Shown in pieces: positions 1 to 8,554 of a DNA stretch of 25,898 nucleotides. The DNA comes from an uncultured bacterium (GTDB lineage: Bacteria > Auribacterota > Erginobacteria > Erginobacterales > Erginobacteraceae): assembly GCA_937885075.1 (NCBI GenBank), contig CAKZYZ010000434.1:1-25898 (forward strand), in the 5' to 3' direction. The notes under the pieces are model-generated. The model had not been told where the DNA came from and did no database searches. It was given only the letters and a program-made list of their open reading frames with translations. The first letter of the stretch is position 1. Each line of letters opens with the position of its first letter. The position numbers were made by a program, and so were the translations under genes.

Positions 1-74
1 CAATACCCCCTTGAGGGGTACGAAGAAAAACAAAGAAAACTATGGAATTTTCCTTTGTTTCTTCAAATTCCTTC

Positions 75-101
75 GTGAACTTCGTGTTCTTCGTGGTTTA
101 A
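75..101. repeat. 3 x 9-bp tandem repeat (cttcgtgNN)
   Basis: cttcgtgaa cttcgtgtt cttcgtggt; a related 'attcgtggactgcgaa' 16-mer occurs twice at 9417-9432 and 9464-9479. Confidence 0.7.
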
Positions 102-108
102 AAGGCTT

Positions 109-159
109 TTCGAGTAAGGTCAAGCTAAGTTCATCTTAGTGTCTTAGTGCCTTTGTGGC
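109..159. repeat. Partial/rearranged family A copy (tail then single arm)
   Basis: ttcgagtaaggtcaagctaagttc + atcttagtgtcttagtgcctttgtggc; tail motif 'ttcgagtaagRtcaagc' recurs at 17984-18000. Confidence 0.6.
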
Positions 160-163
160 GATT

Positions 164-1600
164 TTATTTAGAAAAAAATCCGATCCGGCTGAATATTGAC
201 CCCGCGCTGGAAATTATGCTCTTAAGATCGGCCCAGCTGTTTATGCTCAGGGCGGTCTGAATGATATAGGCCGGGCGAAAATAAAATTTCTTGTAGGCCC
301 GGACCCTCGCTTTCTCCGCCGCGTCCAGGGGGAACTCGGGTGTCTCGATCATCCCCAGGCAGGAAGAGAAATCCTCCCAGCTCTCATAACGGATCCAGCC
401 TTTCTCGGTTGTGGTATCAAAGAGTTCGGTTCCCGGATGCGGAATTGCCACCGCGAACTGGGCACTCCCCGGCTTGATCTTCTTCGCGAATTCTATCGTC
501 TCCCGGACCGTCTCCTCGGTCTCTCCCGGAAGCCCGAAGAGGAAGAATGCCTGAGTCCGGATCCCCACCTTCCGGGCCAGGCGGAACGCTTCCATCGCCT
601 TCTCGGTGGTGATGCCCTTCTTCATCAGCTTCAACATCCGGGGAGATCCCGATTCCACCCCGAACCGGATGTAACGGCAGCCGGCTTTCTTCATAGCCCG
701 CAGCACCTCTTCATCCATACTGTCTACCCGGCATTGGGAGATCCACTCAAACTTGATTCCCCGATCCACAATCAGCCGGCAAATTTCGAGCATCCGTTCC
801 TTATCCAGCGCCATCGAGTCATCATCAAAATATACTTCATCGATGCCGTACTTATTTACGCACTCCTCCAGTTCATCCACCACGTTCTTTGCCGTTCGGG
901 ACCGAAAATTATGCCCGTAGAGGGTATTGGGCCAGAGGCAGTATATACAGTGAAAGGGGCAGCCCCGGGAAGTAATCACCGTGGTGGGGTGCTTCCCCCG
1001 GAATGTCCCCTGGCGGTAGTTGGGGCTATCGACCAGATCCCGGGCCGGGAATGGAATCTCATCGAGATTCTCGATCACCGGACGATCCGGGTTGACTTTA
1101 ACCTCTCCATCTCTCCGCCAGGTCAGTCCAGGCACATCGGACCAATCCCGTCCTTCGGCCCGCGCCCGGACCAGATCCCGGACCGTGTAATCAAACTCAC
1201 CCCGGCAGATACCGTCCACCGAGGGATTTTCCGCCATGATCTCCTTGTGATAGACCGTGGGGTGAGAACCGATCAGGACCGTTTGGGTTGAAGGAGAGAC
1301 CTTCTTGACAGCGGCCGCGGATTGAAGATCAAAGTTGATCGAGGGGGTGGAGCACTCCAGAACCACTATATCCGGCCCGATCTCCTTTACCCGTTCCGCG
1401 AAATCTTCAATACTCAACTCCTCCAGGATCGCGTCCAGAAAACCGACCTCATATCCACTCTCCCGGACAATAGCCACCAGATAAGCGAGATAGATTGGAT
1501 ATTCAATAAATTTATCACTCCGCATATGCGGCCAGCGCACATCGGAGCGGGCCCCGAACCCTTCACCGGGCCAGGGGGGGTTTGTTATTAGTACTTTCAT
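164..1600 (-). CDS. B12-binding domain / radical SAM (class B) enzyme, probable methyltransferase-type
   Basis: 478 aa; N-terminal 'KVLITNPPW' cobalamin-binding-type beginning; canonical radical-SAM CxxxCxxC (RGCPFHCIYC); ATG at 1600; GGAG about 9 nt upstream. Confidence 0.85.
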   Translation of the reverse strand: MKVLITNPPWPGEGFGARSDVRWPHMRSDKFIEYPIYLAYLVAIVRESGYEVGFLDAILEELSIEDFAERVKEIGPDIVVLECSTPSINFDLQSAAAVKKVSPSTQTVLIGSHPTVYHKEIMAENPSVDGICRGEFDYTVRDLVRARAEGRDWSDVPGLTWRRDGEVKVNPDRPVIENLDEIPFPARDLVDSPNYRQGTFRGKHPTTVITSRGCPFHCIYCLWPNTLYGHNFRSRTAKNVVDELEECVNKYGIDEVYFDDDSMALDKERMLEICRLIVDRGIKFEWISQCRVDSMDEEVLRAMKKAGCRYIRFGVESGSPRMLKLMKKGITTEKAMEAFRLARKVGIRTQAFFLFGLPGETEETVRETIEFAKKIKPGSAQFAVAIPHPGTELFDTTTEKGWIRYESWEDFSSCLGMIETPEFPLDAAEKARVRAYKKFYFRPAYIIQTALSINSWADLKSIISSAGSIFSRIGFFSK

Positions 1601-1676
1601 AATATTTTGCTCCGCAAAATATTAGTTCTTTTTATTTTCATGACAATATTTATTTACTCCTAATTTTAATGAATCT

Positions 1677-1800
1677 GCCACAAAGGCACTAAGACACAAA
1701 GAAAAACTTAAGTAAGATTAAAAAACGTTGTTATTGCATCTTTAAATATTTTCTTTGTGTCTTAGTGTCTTTGTGGCAAAAAAGTTGCGAAGCTAAGTTC
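1677..1800. repeat. Repeat family A copy (inverted GCCACAAAGGCACTAAGACAC arms around AT-rich loop, plus AAAAAAGTTGCGAAGCTAAGTTC tail)
   Basis: Left arm 1677-1706 and right arm 1749-1777 are near-perfect reverse complements; tail 1778-1800; same architecture at 4953-5064. Confidence 0.85.
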
Positions 1801-2989
1801 TATACTCCTCACATAACTTCACAAACTCATCGGCTAAATGATCCCACCGGTATTTCTCCTCCACCAGCTTCATCCCCTCCTCTCCCATCTTTTTTGAGAG
1901 TTCACGGTCGTCGATCAGAGTTTCAATCTTGCTCACCAGGTCATCCTCATCACCCGGCTGATAAAAGAGACCGGTCTTGCCATCCTCAATCACTTCCTCC
2001 AGCGCGGGGAGACGCGGCGCCACCACCGAGAGCCCGCAGGCCCAGTATTCAAACTCCTTCAATGTTACCCTCCCCCGGGCCGAGACAATATCCGGGAGGA
2101 TGACCAGTCCGATATCCCCGGCCGACATATACCGGGATACCTCAGCCTGGGTCAGCCAGCCGGAAAAGAAAAACGCGTCGGTCAATCCGGCTTCACCCAC
2201 CATCTTCTTAAGGGCCGGGATAGCTGTCCCTTCTCCAATAATCCAGAATGCCGTCCCCGGGCGTCCGGCGCAAAGCTTTTTCGCGGCACCGACCAGCAGT
2301 TCCGGTCCATCCTGAGGATCGATCACCCCCTGGAAGATCAAGACCGTATCCTTCCCGGAAGCATGCTCCCGACGTAGATCATCACTCTGATATCTCTTAA
2401 AGATCCCCAGGTCAACCCCGTCACAGATTACTTCAATTCTATCCGCCGAGGTCCCGTACTCCAGAATGATCTCTTTCATGGCCCGGCTGATGGTGATGAT
2501 CCGGTCCGATCCCCGGATCGCGGCCGCCTCCATCTTCCGTCCGAACCGCTGGACCACTCTCAGCCATCCCCCGGAAGAATAGTCATCAAGATACTCGAAG
2601 AGGACATCGGTCAGATTCAAAACCAGAAGCGGTTTACACCCGGAGAATCTCGCTCCCAGAAGCGCCCCGTACCCGGCGATGGTATTATGCGGAACTATCA
2701 GATCGGGCTTGAATCTCCGGATCGCCCGGATCAGCCGGAACATATTAACCGGATGGGCCAGAAGATACTTCTTCATCTTATGCGGGTCCAGCCGGCTGAC
2801 TGTCTTCAGCCTGACGATCTCAGAACAACCGAGATACTCTTTCGCCTCTTCATCGCTGCTCGCGACCCCGCCCGCCACGCAGACCTCATGCCCCTGCCGG
2901 GCAAAACCCTGGATAATATTGGATATCCGGGGGCTTCCGCCCCCGGAAAGTGGATAGAGTTCTTCGAATATTGTAACCAGTACTTTCAT
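1793..2989 (-). CDS. Glycosyltransferase family 4 (GT-B, group 1)
   Basis: 398 aa; GT4-type two-domain layout; C-terminal E-x7-E-like region (GLVILPDIVSARGRVTLKEFEYWACGLSVV...EEVIEDGKTGL); ATG 2989 with GGAG upstream; stop codon TAG lies inside the tail of repeat A2. Confidence 0.85.
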   Translation of the reverse strand: MKVLVTIFEELYPLSGGGSPRISNIIQGFARQGHEVCVAGGVASSDEEAKEYLGCSEIVRLKTVSRLDPHKMKKYLLAHPVNMFRLIRAIRRFKPDLIVPHNTIAGYGALLGARFSGCKPLLVLNLTDVLFEYLDDYSSGGWLRVVQRFGRKMEAAAIRGSDRIITISRAMKEIILEYGTSADRIEVICDGVDLGIFKRYQSDDLRREHASGKDTVLIFQGVIDPQDGPELLVGAAKKLCAGRPGTAFWIIGEGTAIPALKKMVGEAGLTDAFFFSGWLTQAEVSRYMSAGDIGLVILPDIVSARGRVTLKEFEYWACGLSVVAPRLPALEEVIEDGKTGLFYQPGDEDDLVSKIETLIDDRELSKKMGEEGMKLVEEKYRWDHLADEFVKLCEEYRT

Positions 2990-3016
2990 TTTAATTGGCT
3001 CTCCTCGGTGGGGTTT

Positions 3017-3059
3017 TTATCCGACGGATCGGTCGGATCCGACCGATCCGACTGATTAA
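3017..3059. repeat. Repeat family C: GGATCC-centred REP-like palindrome
   Basis: ttatccgacggatcggtcggatcc|gaccgatccgactgattaa; imperfect at the outer end; immediately 3' of the acyltransferase gene (minus). Confidence 0.85.
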
Positions 3060-3097
3060 AAAAAACCGCCCCCCTCCATATTCACCGCCCTGGCCTG

Positions 3098-3856
3098 CTA
3101 TTCCCTGCTGTCCCCTGCCATGCCCTCCTCCTCCCTGCTCCGCACCACCCGCGCGGGAACTCCTACGGCTATCGCGTACTCCTCGATATCCTGGAGGACT
3201 ACCGCGCCGGCACCGATCACCGCTCCCTTCCCGATCGTAACTCCACCCCGGATAACGGCATGGGTCCCGATCCAGACATCTTCCCCGATCACTATCCGGC
3301 TGGGGGACCTCCCCTGGAACCGCATCGGTCGGGTCAGATCATCAAAGGTATGATCACCGCCGATAATCTCCACCTGGTTAGCGATCAGAGTATTATCCCC
3401 GATCTCTATATCTCCATAGCCATAGATAAATGAACCGGAGCCTAAGTTGATCTTCTCCCCGATCGTCACTTTCCCGAGTTGAGTCCGTATGGTCACCAAC
3501 CGGGCGATATGACTATCCGAACCTATGGTTATTCCCTCCGCCGATGCTCCGACATCAAAGAGACTTCCCTCCCCTAAAAAGACCCGGTCACCGAGGATAA
3601 GACTCTTTGGGTTATAGAAGCGAATATTCTTCTCCAGCAGGCATCTCCTTCCCAGGTCACCCAGTATCAACCGATAGATATAACCACGCAATACGGTTCC
3701 GGCGATGGTGGGAAAACAGGAGAAGAGAGTCAGCAGCAGTCCCTGCCCGAAAAACCGGCCCAGAGACCCGCTCCCATAAACTTTCTCCCGATAATGGCGA
3801 AAACCTTCCGAAAAACCACCGGCCGGGATCGTCCCTTCTCCGTCATAACCAGTCAT
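3098..3856 (-). CDS. Hexapeptide-repeat (left-handed beta-helix) acyl/acetyltransferase, WcaF/sugar O-acetyltransferase-like
   Basis: 252 aa; repeated [LIV]G-x4 hexapeptides (IGEDVWIGTHAVIRGGVTIGKGAVIGAGAVV); N-terminal hydrophobic segment; GAGGG RBS. Confidence 0.8.
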   Translation of the reverse strand: MTGYDGEGTIPAGGFSEGFRHYREKVYGSGSLGRFFGQGLLLTLFSCFPTIAGTVLRGYIYRLILGDLGRRCLLEKNIRFYNPKSLILGDRVFLGEGSLFDVGASAEGITIGSDSHIARLVTIRTQLGKVTIGEKINLGSGSFIYGYGDIEIGDNTLIANQVEIIGGDHTFDDLTRPMRFQGRSPSRIVIGEDVWIGTHAVIRGGVTIGKGAVIGAGAVVLQDIEEYAIAVGVPARVVRSREEEGMAGDSRE

Positions 3857-3881
3857 AAGAACTTATCCCTCTCTTTGTTCT

Positions 3882-3990
3882 GGCAACTTTGCCTCTAAGG
3901 AAAGCATGAAATCAGGAGAATTTAAAGTAATCCTCCTCCTGCCTTCCTGCTTTCCTTAGAGGTTATTGAAATTCCGAAGCAGTAAATTCA
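3882..3990. repeat. Repeat family B copy (imperfect hairpin cctctaaggaaagcaggaaatcaggag/ctcctcctgccttcctgctttccttagagg + tail ttattgaaattccgaagcagtaaatt)
   Basis: Shared about 100-bp element also at 12887-12995 and 21862-21992. Confidence 0.85.
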
Positions 3991-4943
3991 TCTTTGTGGT
4001 CTGCTTTTAATCTACAGGTTATCGCGACACAGATTAATTCCGCGACGACAGACCATATCCTGATAAAAACCGCAAAAATAGTACCATACCCGACCGGAAT
4101 CGAAAAGAGCGATTCTAAAAGAACCACGATAGAGAGTTCCGCTATCCCCAGACCGGCGGGCGTAAGAGGACTTATCGTTCCCAGTATCCATGATACCGCC
4201 ATTATCCCGGAGAATAACAGCCAGGAATATGCCGGAAGAGGGTGGGCCGCGAAGATATCACCGGGCAGAATAGTCAGAAGAAGATAGGTTGCCGCCCCTT
4301 TAATCAGCCAGAGACCGCACCAGTAGAGTACCAGCAGGAGGATGGAAGAGTAGCGGAGATTTACTCTCATCTCGATATGCTCAACCTTGCGGAGGAACCA
4401 GTTGAGAACCGGTTGAAAGATCCGGGGATGGAGCAGGGCCAACCCGATCGGGACCAGGGCTACCAGCAGAATGACCAGCCGGGAATCTCCGGCCACTTCC
4501 AGGCTGGGCCAGAGCGGCAATGTAGCAAGAGCGACCAATACCCCCGAGACCGCCAGGATTATCAGCATCGCGCCGACACTGGCGAGAGTTATCAACCGCG
4601 GCACCCCCTTCTTCTCCAGCATCACCACCCGACCGACCGCGGTCCAGATCTTGCCGGGGATATACTTGGCCAGTTCGCTCAGATAATATACCCGGAGAAT
4701 CTCCCCGTGTGAGACCACCTGCCCCAGGGCCCTCAGGATAAATCCCCACCCCAGGGCTACCAGGAGTCCTCCCCCCACCGTCATAATCATCGATAGAGCC
4801 AGGAGCCAGCGGTTGGCCTGAAGAAGACTCCGGGAAAATGCCTGCCAGTCAAGATCGATCAGGTTAAGAACCAGGAAATATCCGATCGCCCCCAGAATAA
4901 CAACCTGAACTATCCTGAAAATATAATGTTTGGTTATCTTCAT
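3963..4943 (-). CDS. Flippase-like / UPF0104 (lysylphosphatidylglycerol-synthase TM region-type) polytopic membrane protein
   Basis: 326 aa, about 8 predicted TM helices; N-terminus typical of this family; no SD; last 10 codons (KDEFTASEFQ) plus TAA are encoded by repeat B1 tail. Confidence 0.6.
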   Translation of the reverse strand: MKITKHYIFRIVQVVILGAIGYFLVLNLIDLDWQAFSRSLLQANRWLLALSMIMTVGGGLLVALGWGFILRALGQVVSHGEILRVYYLSELAKYIPGKIWTAVGRVVMLEKKGVPRLITLASVGAMLIILAVSGVLVALATLPLWPSLEVAGDSRLVILLVALVPIGLALLHPRIFQPVLNWFLRKVEHIEMRVNLRYSSILLLVLYWCGLWLIKGAATYLLLTILPGDIFAAHPLPAYSWLLFSGIMAVSWILGTISPLTPAGLGIAELSIVVLLESLFSIPVGYGTIFAVFIRIWSVVAELICVAITCRLKADHKDEFTASEFQ

Positions 4944-4952
4944 TAAAAAATA

Positions 4953-5064
4953 GCCACAAAGGAGCTAAGACACTAAGGAAAATAAGATACGTAGTTATTG
5001 CACCTATAATTCTTTTCTTTGTGTCTTCGTGTCTTTGTGGCAAAAAAACTGCGAAACTAAGTTC
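4953..5064. repeat. Repeat family A copy
   Basis: gccacaaaggagctaagacactaagg...ttctttgtgtcttcgtgtctttgtggc + aaaaaaactgcgaaactaagttc; about 90% identical to 1677-1800. Confidence 0.85.
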
Positions 5065-5147
5065 TTTTAACGTTCTTCTGCTTCAACGTCACTATTTTTC
5101 AACGTCAGTTATTTTAACGTTATAATTTAGCGCCAAGACGCTAAAGT
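5065..5147. repeat. Repeat family D: three to four ~16-bp-periodic TTTTCAACGTC direct repeats + E-type hairpin
   Basis: cttcaacgtcac tatttttcaacgtcag ttattttaacgtt ... aatttagcgccaagacgctaaagt; same arrangement at 18003-18091. Confidence 0.8.
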
Positions 5148-6826
5148 GTAGAGTAATCGACATCCACCCGATCGGAATGGGGCGTAATCTTTTTCTCTAT
5201 CTTCACACCTCCCGATCCGCTTAATATTTCACTGAGGCGAGCCTCATCACCCACGGCCGGGCGCGTCGAGATCAATCCGTTGGTTTTTACTTCGACTTCA
5301 ATCATAGCCTTCAGAGACCCCTCTCCCACCTCACCGGATATCTCATCCACTATCTCTATCGACTCATCCTTAAAGGTGATCGTCCGATTCAGCCGCCGGG
5401 ACGAAGCCCGGCCGGAGACCGCCGTAAGCTGAAACGAGGCGTTCTTTCTCCGGCGGATAAAATCAATCCCCTTCTTCACTATCAGATATCCGCCGGGGAG
5501 GCTGCTTATTGATTTCAGTAAAAACCGTGCCAGAGGATGAGGAAAATAATAAGAACCTTCCCGGAAGGAAGCGGTAACTTTCATCTCTCCTTCATCGGAC
5601 CAGGAGACTGTATTATCCGGGCCAAGGCGGAAAGAACTCCGGGACTTTTGATCCTGGGCCGTCAGAGTGTAGCCCCGATCCTGAAAAGAGAGATCTCCCC
5701 CCTCCGAAAATACCTTTACCAACCCTCCCGACTTTCCGGCGGATACGGCGTAATACCGCGCGGTCTTCACCGCCGCCAGGCCGCTTTCGGGGAAGAACCT
5801 CCGGAAAGGGTCGCCCTTAAACGGCAACTCCCGCCGGTCCCGACCCCATATTCCCTCATTCTCCCGGTAATGATCGTATGCCAGCAGACCATTATAGAGA
5901 TGATAACACCGGCTCAGATCATCCTGAGCTAACTGTACCATGGCATTTCCCCGGGCGATGCCCGCGGAGAAAAGTGAGCGGGCCAGAGGGGAGAATTCTC
6001 CCATGATAGATCCCGCCAAAAGTGAGATATATGAGTTTCCGCAGAGGTTATATTCCCGCCCGGTGGTCAGATCAGGATGGACGAAGTAGGCGAGGAAGTC
6101 GAGAGCCCGGCCTAACGCGTCCTTCAGCCTTTCATCCCGACTGTGGAGATAACATTGAGAGAGGTATTCCAGAGTGAGGAAGGAGTAGCCGGTATCAACC
6201 CCTCCCAATTCGGGAAACCACCCCTCCCGGGTCTGACGATCCAGGACCAGCTTTACCTTTCTCTCCGCCTCTTCGCGAAACCGGTCTTCCCCCAGTGTTT
6301 CTCCCAGGCTGTAGAGGGCGGCAGCGCCCACGGCTTCGTGGTTGATCTTATCAAGATCATCATGCCGGCAGAGCCATCCGGCGGCTCCGGAAAGTGCCTT
6401 CTTTATAACCTCGTGATCTTTGGAGCTCAACTCTTCTCTCAGTAACAAGAAGGTCTCCGAGAGAGCGAAACCGGAGAAGGCGGTCGCGGCGAATCCATGC
6501 TCTCCCGCGTACCACTCATCGAACGATCCGTCGGAATGCTGGAGTGATGCCCAGAAGAGCGCCCCGGCAACCGCCAACTCCCTGATCTCCTCGCGGCCAC
6601 GGCAGCTCACCCCCGGATAATCATTCTTATAGAGCAAGGCCAGAGTATAAACCGCTTCCTGGCAGCGAGCATTAACATAATCACTGCTCTTACTCCGCCA
6701 GTACGGGTAATAAAAACACCCATAGGTCGGCGAGAGCTGATCCCGGTCAGCCAGTTCAACCAGATCCCGCGAGGCACCGGCCATTGGGGTTATATAATCA
6801 AATACTTCTGGATTAATACCATTCAT
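5141..6826 (-). CDS. Heparinase II/III-like / polysaccharide-lyase-fold protein (possible sugar epimerase or lyase of glycan clusters)
   Basis: 561 aa; alpha/alpha-toroid-like N-terminal half and beta-rich C-terminal half recalled from Hepar_II_III family; co-located with GT4 and acyltransferase; no SD, hairpin abuts ATG; stop TAG inside repeat D1 hairpin. Confidence 0.45.
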   Translation of the reverse strand: MNGINPEVFDYITPMAGASRDLVELADRDQLSPTYGCFYYPYWRSKSSDYVNARCQEAVYTLALLYKNDYPGVSCRGREEIRELAVAGALFWASLQHSDGSFDEWYAGEHGFAATAFSGFALSETFLLLREELSSKDHEVIKKALSGAAGWLCRHDDLDKINHEAVGAAALYSLGETLGEDRFREEAERKVKLVLDRQTREGWFPELGGVDTGYSFLTLEYLSQCYLHSRDERLKDALGRALDFLAYFVHPDLTTGREYNLCGNSYISLLAGSIMGEFSPLARSLFSAGIARGNAMVQLAQDDLSRCYHLYNGLLAYDHYRENEGIWGRDRRELPFKGDPFRRFFPESGLAAVKTARYYAVSAGKSGGLVKVFSEGGDLSFQDRGYTLTAQDQKSRSSFRLGPDNTVSWSDEGEMKVTASFREGSYYFPHPLARFLLKSISSLPGGYLIVKKGIDFIRRRKNASFQLTAVSGRASSRRLNRTITFKDESIEIVDEISGEVGEGSLKAMIEVEVKTNGLISTRPAVGDEARLSEILSGSGGVKIEKKITPHSDRVDVDYSTL

Positions 6827-6850
6827 AAAATTAGCTCATTGCGCCGGGAA

Positions 6851-6898
6851 ATTATTATCCGACGGATCAGTCGGATCCGACTGATCCGTCGGATAATA
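6851..6898. repeat. Repeat family C: perfect 48-bp palindrome
   Basis: ttattatccgacggatcagtcggatcc|gactgatccgtcggataataa; 3' of the flotillin gene (minus). Confidence 0.9.
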
Positions 6899-6921
6899 AC
6901 TTCCCGAAAAAAGAGCCTGCG

Positions 6922-8379
6922 TTATTCTTCTTCCCCGGCAGCCTCGGACTCGGGCGGGGCCGGTTCGGGAGGAACCGGACCGGGAGAAGTTTTCCCATCC
7001 CCTTCCAACAACCGCGGCACCAGTTTGGTCAGATCCACTCCGGTCATCGCCTTCATCTGTTCCATGAAAGTCACCAGCGACTTCGGTGCGGCCGTCATCA
7101 AGCGGGAGACCGAACTCTCACTATCACCGGATCCGCCGTCGATGGCGATAACCTTGTCGAACTTAATATTACCGAGTGCGTCCGCCCCGGCTGCGGCCAC
7201 CACCTTGAGCGCTTCCAGGGCCAGGTTGAGCTTGGCCGCCTCTCCGTACATATCCCAGGCCCGGGCTTTCTGTTTTAGACCTTCAGCCTGCGCCTCGAGT
7301 ACCAGCTGAATCCCTTTCGCTTCAGCTTCCTTCTTCTTTAAAACGGCTGTCGCCTCTCCCTCCGCCTTCAAGATCGCGGCTAACTTCGCGGCTTGGGCCG
7401 GAACAACCATCTCCGCCTTATATTTCTGTTCTTCAGCACCGGCCCGGGCCTGTTCGGCCAGTTTCCGGGCCTGCTGATCGCGCTCTTTCACCCTCTGCTG
7501 CTCCACCACCACTGCCTGAAGAGCCTTGGCCTCGGCCAGGGGTCCCTGCTGATCGGCCCGTTTGTTGGCCGAAAGTGTCTCCCCGCGATAATTTTCCTGG
7601 GCCACATCCCGATCTTTCTGGGCTTCAGCGATCTGGCGCTCCTGCTCGGCCTTGACCACCTCCCCTTCCCGCCGGGCGGTCTCAGACTCTTTCATGGCGT
7701 CCCGTTCCGCCTGGGCCTTACCGATGGCGGCGTCCTTCTTTACCTCCGAGGTCCTCTTGACCCCAAGTGCCTCCAGGTATCCCCGCTCATCCCGGATATC
7801 CTGGATATTGATAATATCAATGATGACGCCGATCTTGGCCAGCTCTTCTCCGGACTGATCCAGGACCTTATCGACGAACATCTGCCTCTCCTGGTAGAGC
7901 TGCTCGACGGTCAGGACCCCGATAATATCACGGAGCTGACCCTCCAGTGTCTCCTTGATAATCTGTTTGATCTCCTGGGTTGAAGAACTGAGAAAACGTT
8001 CCACCGCCCGACCCAGCATCCCTTCATCACTGGAGATCTTAACATTAGCAACAGCTTCGATCGTCACCGGCACGCCTTCCTTGGAGTAGGCTTTCTCGAC
8101 CCGGACATCCTTCAGGTTGATCAGCTCAAGCGAGATACGGCTGATCTTCTCGAGGATAGGGATCTTCAGCGCTGCCCCTCCGACTATGGCTCGCCAGCCC
8201 CGCACTATCTGTTTCGTATTGCCATCCTGATCTATAACCGTAGTCCGGTACTTCCGACCGGTGAAGATCAAGGCCTCATTCGGCTCCGCCTTCCGGTAGT
8301 TACTGACAAATAAGATAAATACCGCCAGAATCCCGGCCAACGCCGCTATCACAATCAAAGGTACAATTATAACTCCCAT
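6922..8379 (-). CDS. Flotillin / SPFH (band 7) domain protein
   Basis: 485 aa; N-terminal TM; SPFH core; long Ala/Glu/Lys coiled-coil 'EA-repeat' region; Pro-rich acidic C-terminal tail; GGGAGG RBS. Confidence 0.85.
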   Translation of the reverse strand: MGVIIVPLIVIAALAGILAVFILFVSNYRKAEPNEALIFTGRKYRTTVIDQDGNTKQIVRGWRAIVGGAALKIPILEKISRISLELINLKDVRVEKAYSKEGVPVTIEAVANVKISSDEGMLGRAVERFLSSSTQEIKQIIKETLEGQLRDIIGVLTVEQLYQERQMFVDKVLDQSGEELAKIGVIIDIINIQDIRDERGYLEALGVKRTSEVKKDAAIGKAQAERDAMKESETARREGEVVKAEQERQIAEAQKDRDVAQENYRGETLSANKRADQQGPLAEAKALQAVVVEQQRVKERDQQARKLAEQARAGAEEQKYKAEMVVPAQAAKLAAILKAEGEATAVLKKKEAEAKGIQLVLEAQAEGLKQKARAWDMYGEAAKLNLALEALKVVAAAGADALGNIKFDKVIAIDGGSGDSESSVSRLMTAAPKSLVTFMEQMKAMTGVDLTKLVPRLLEGDGKTSPGPVPPEPAPPESEAAGEEE

Positions 8380-8395
8380 CTCTCGCCTCCCTTTT

Positions 8396-8432
8396 AAATT
8401 AGCTCCCTTCGGTCGCTAATTTAGTTTTAAAC
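8396..8432. repeat. Family E hairpin (aaattagc-loop-gctaattt) + conserved 'agttttaaac', 5' of flotillin RBS
   Basis: aaattagctcccttcggtcgctaattt agttttaaac; on the minus strand it lies 4 nt before GGGAGG. Confidence 0.75.
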
Positions 8433-8554
8433 AATGAATTACATTTATTTTTTTCTACTATGCCGGTTAAATGCCAATCACTATTTTCAAGATCAGAAAA
8501 TCCTGGCATCGGGTGGCCATGGAATGCTACTCCCTACTGCCCACTCCCCACTAT

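Noticed and set aside
1-60. Window start (tacccccttgaggggta hairpin; gaagaaaaacaaag/ctttgtttcttc IR) as adapter or vector
   Set aside because: No match to Illumina or common vector sequences that I can recall. It looks like native AT-rich intergenic sequence with small hairpins.
437-1291. Long antisense ORFs: 437..1291(+), 7393..7983(+), 13739..14644(+), 19253..19807(+), 22285..23250(-) and many 60-180 aa ORFs
   Set aside because: Each is fully embedded antisense to a gene with clear homology-type signatures. High GC content produces long stop-free antisense frames. No RBS or recognisable motifs.
3017-3059. Family C palindromes as classical rho-independent terminators
   Set aside because: They sit 3' of minus-strand genes and form long stems, but lack a downstream U-tract on the transcribed strand. 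So they are called REP-like repeats, possibly terminator-functional, not intrinsic terminators.
8500-8525. Sigma54-like 'ctggcat-N5-ggccat' upstream region of flotillin
   Set aside because: It is on the wrong strand for the gene, and spacing and composition do not fit TGGCAC-N5-TTGCW. The minus-strand reading also fails.
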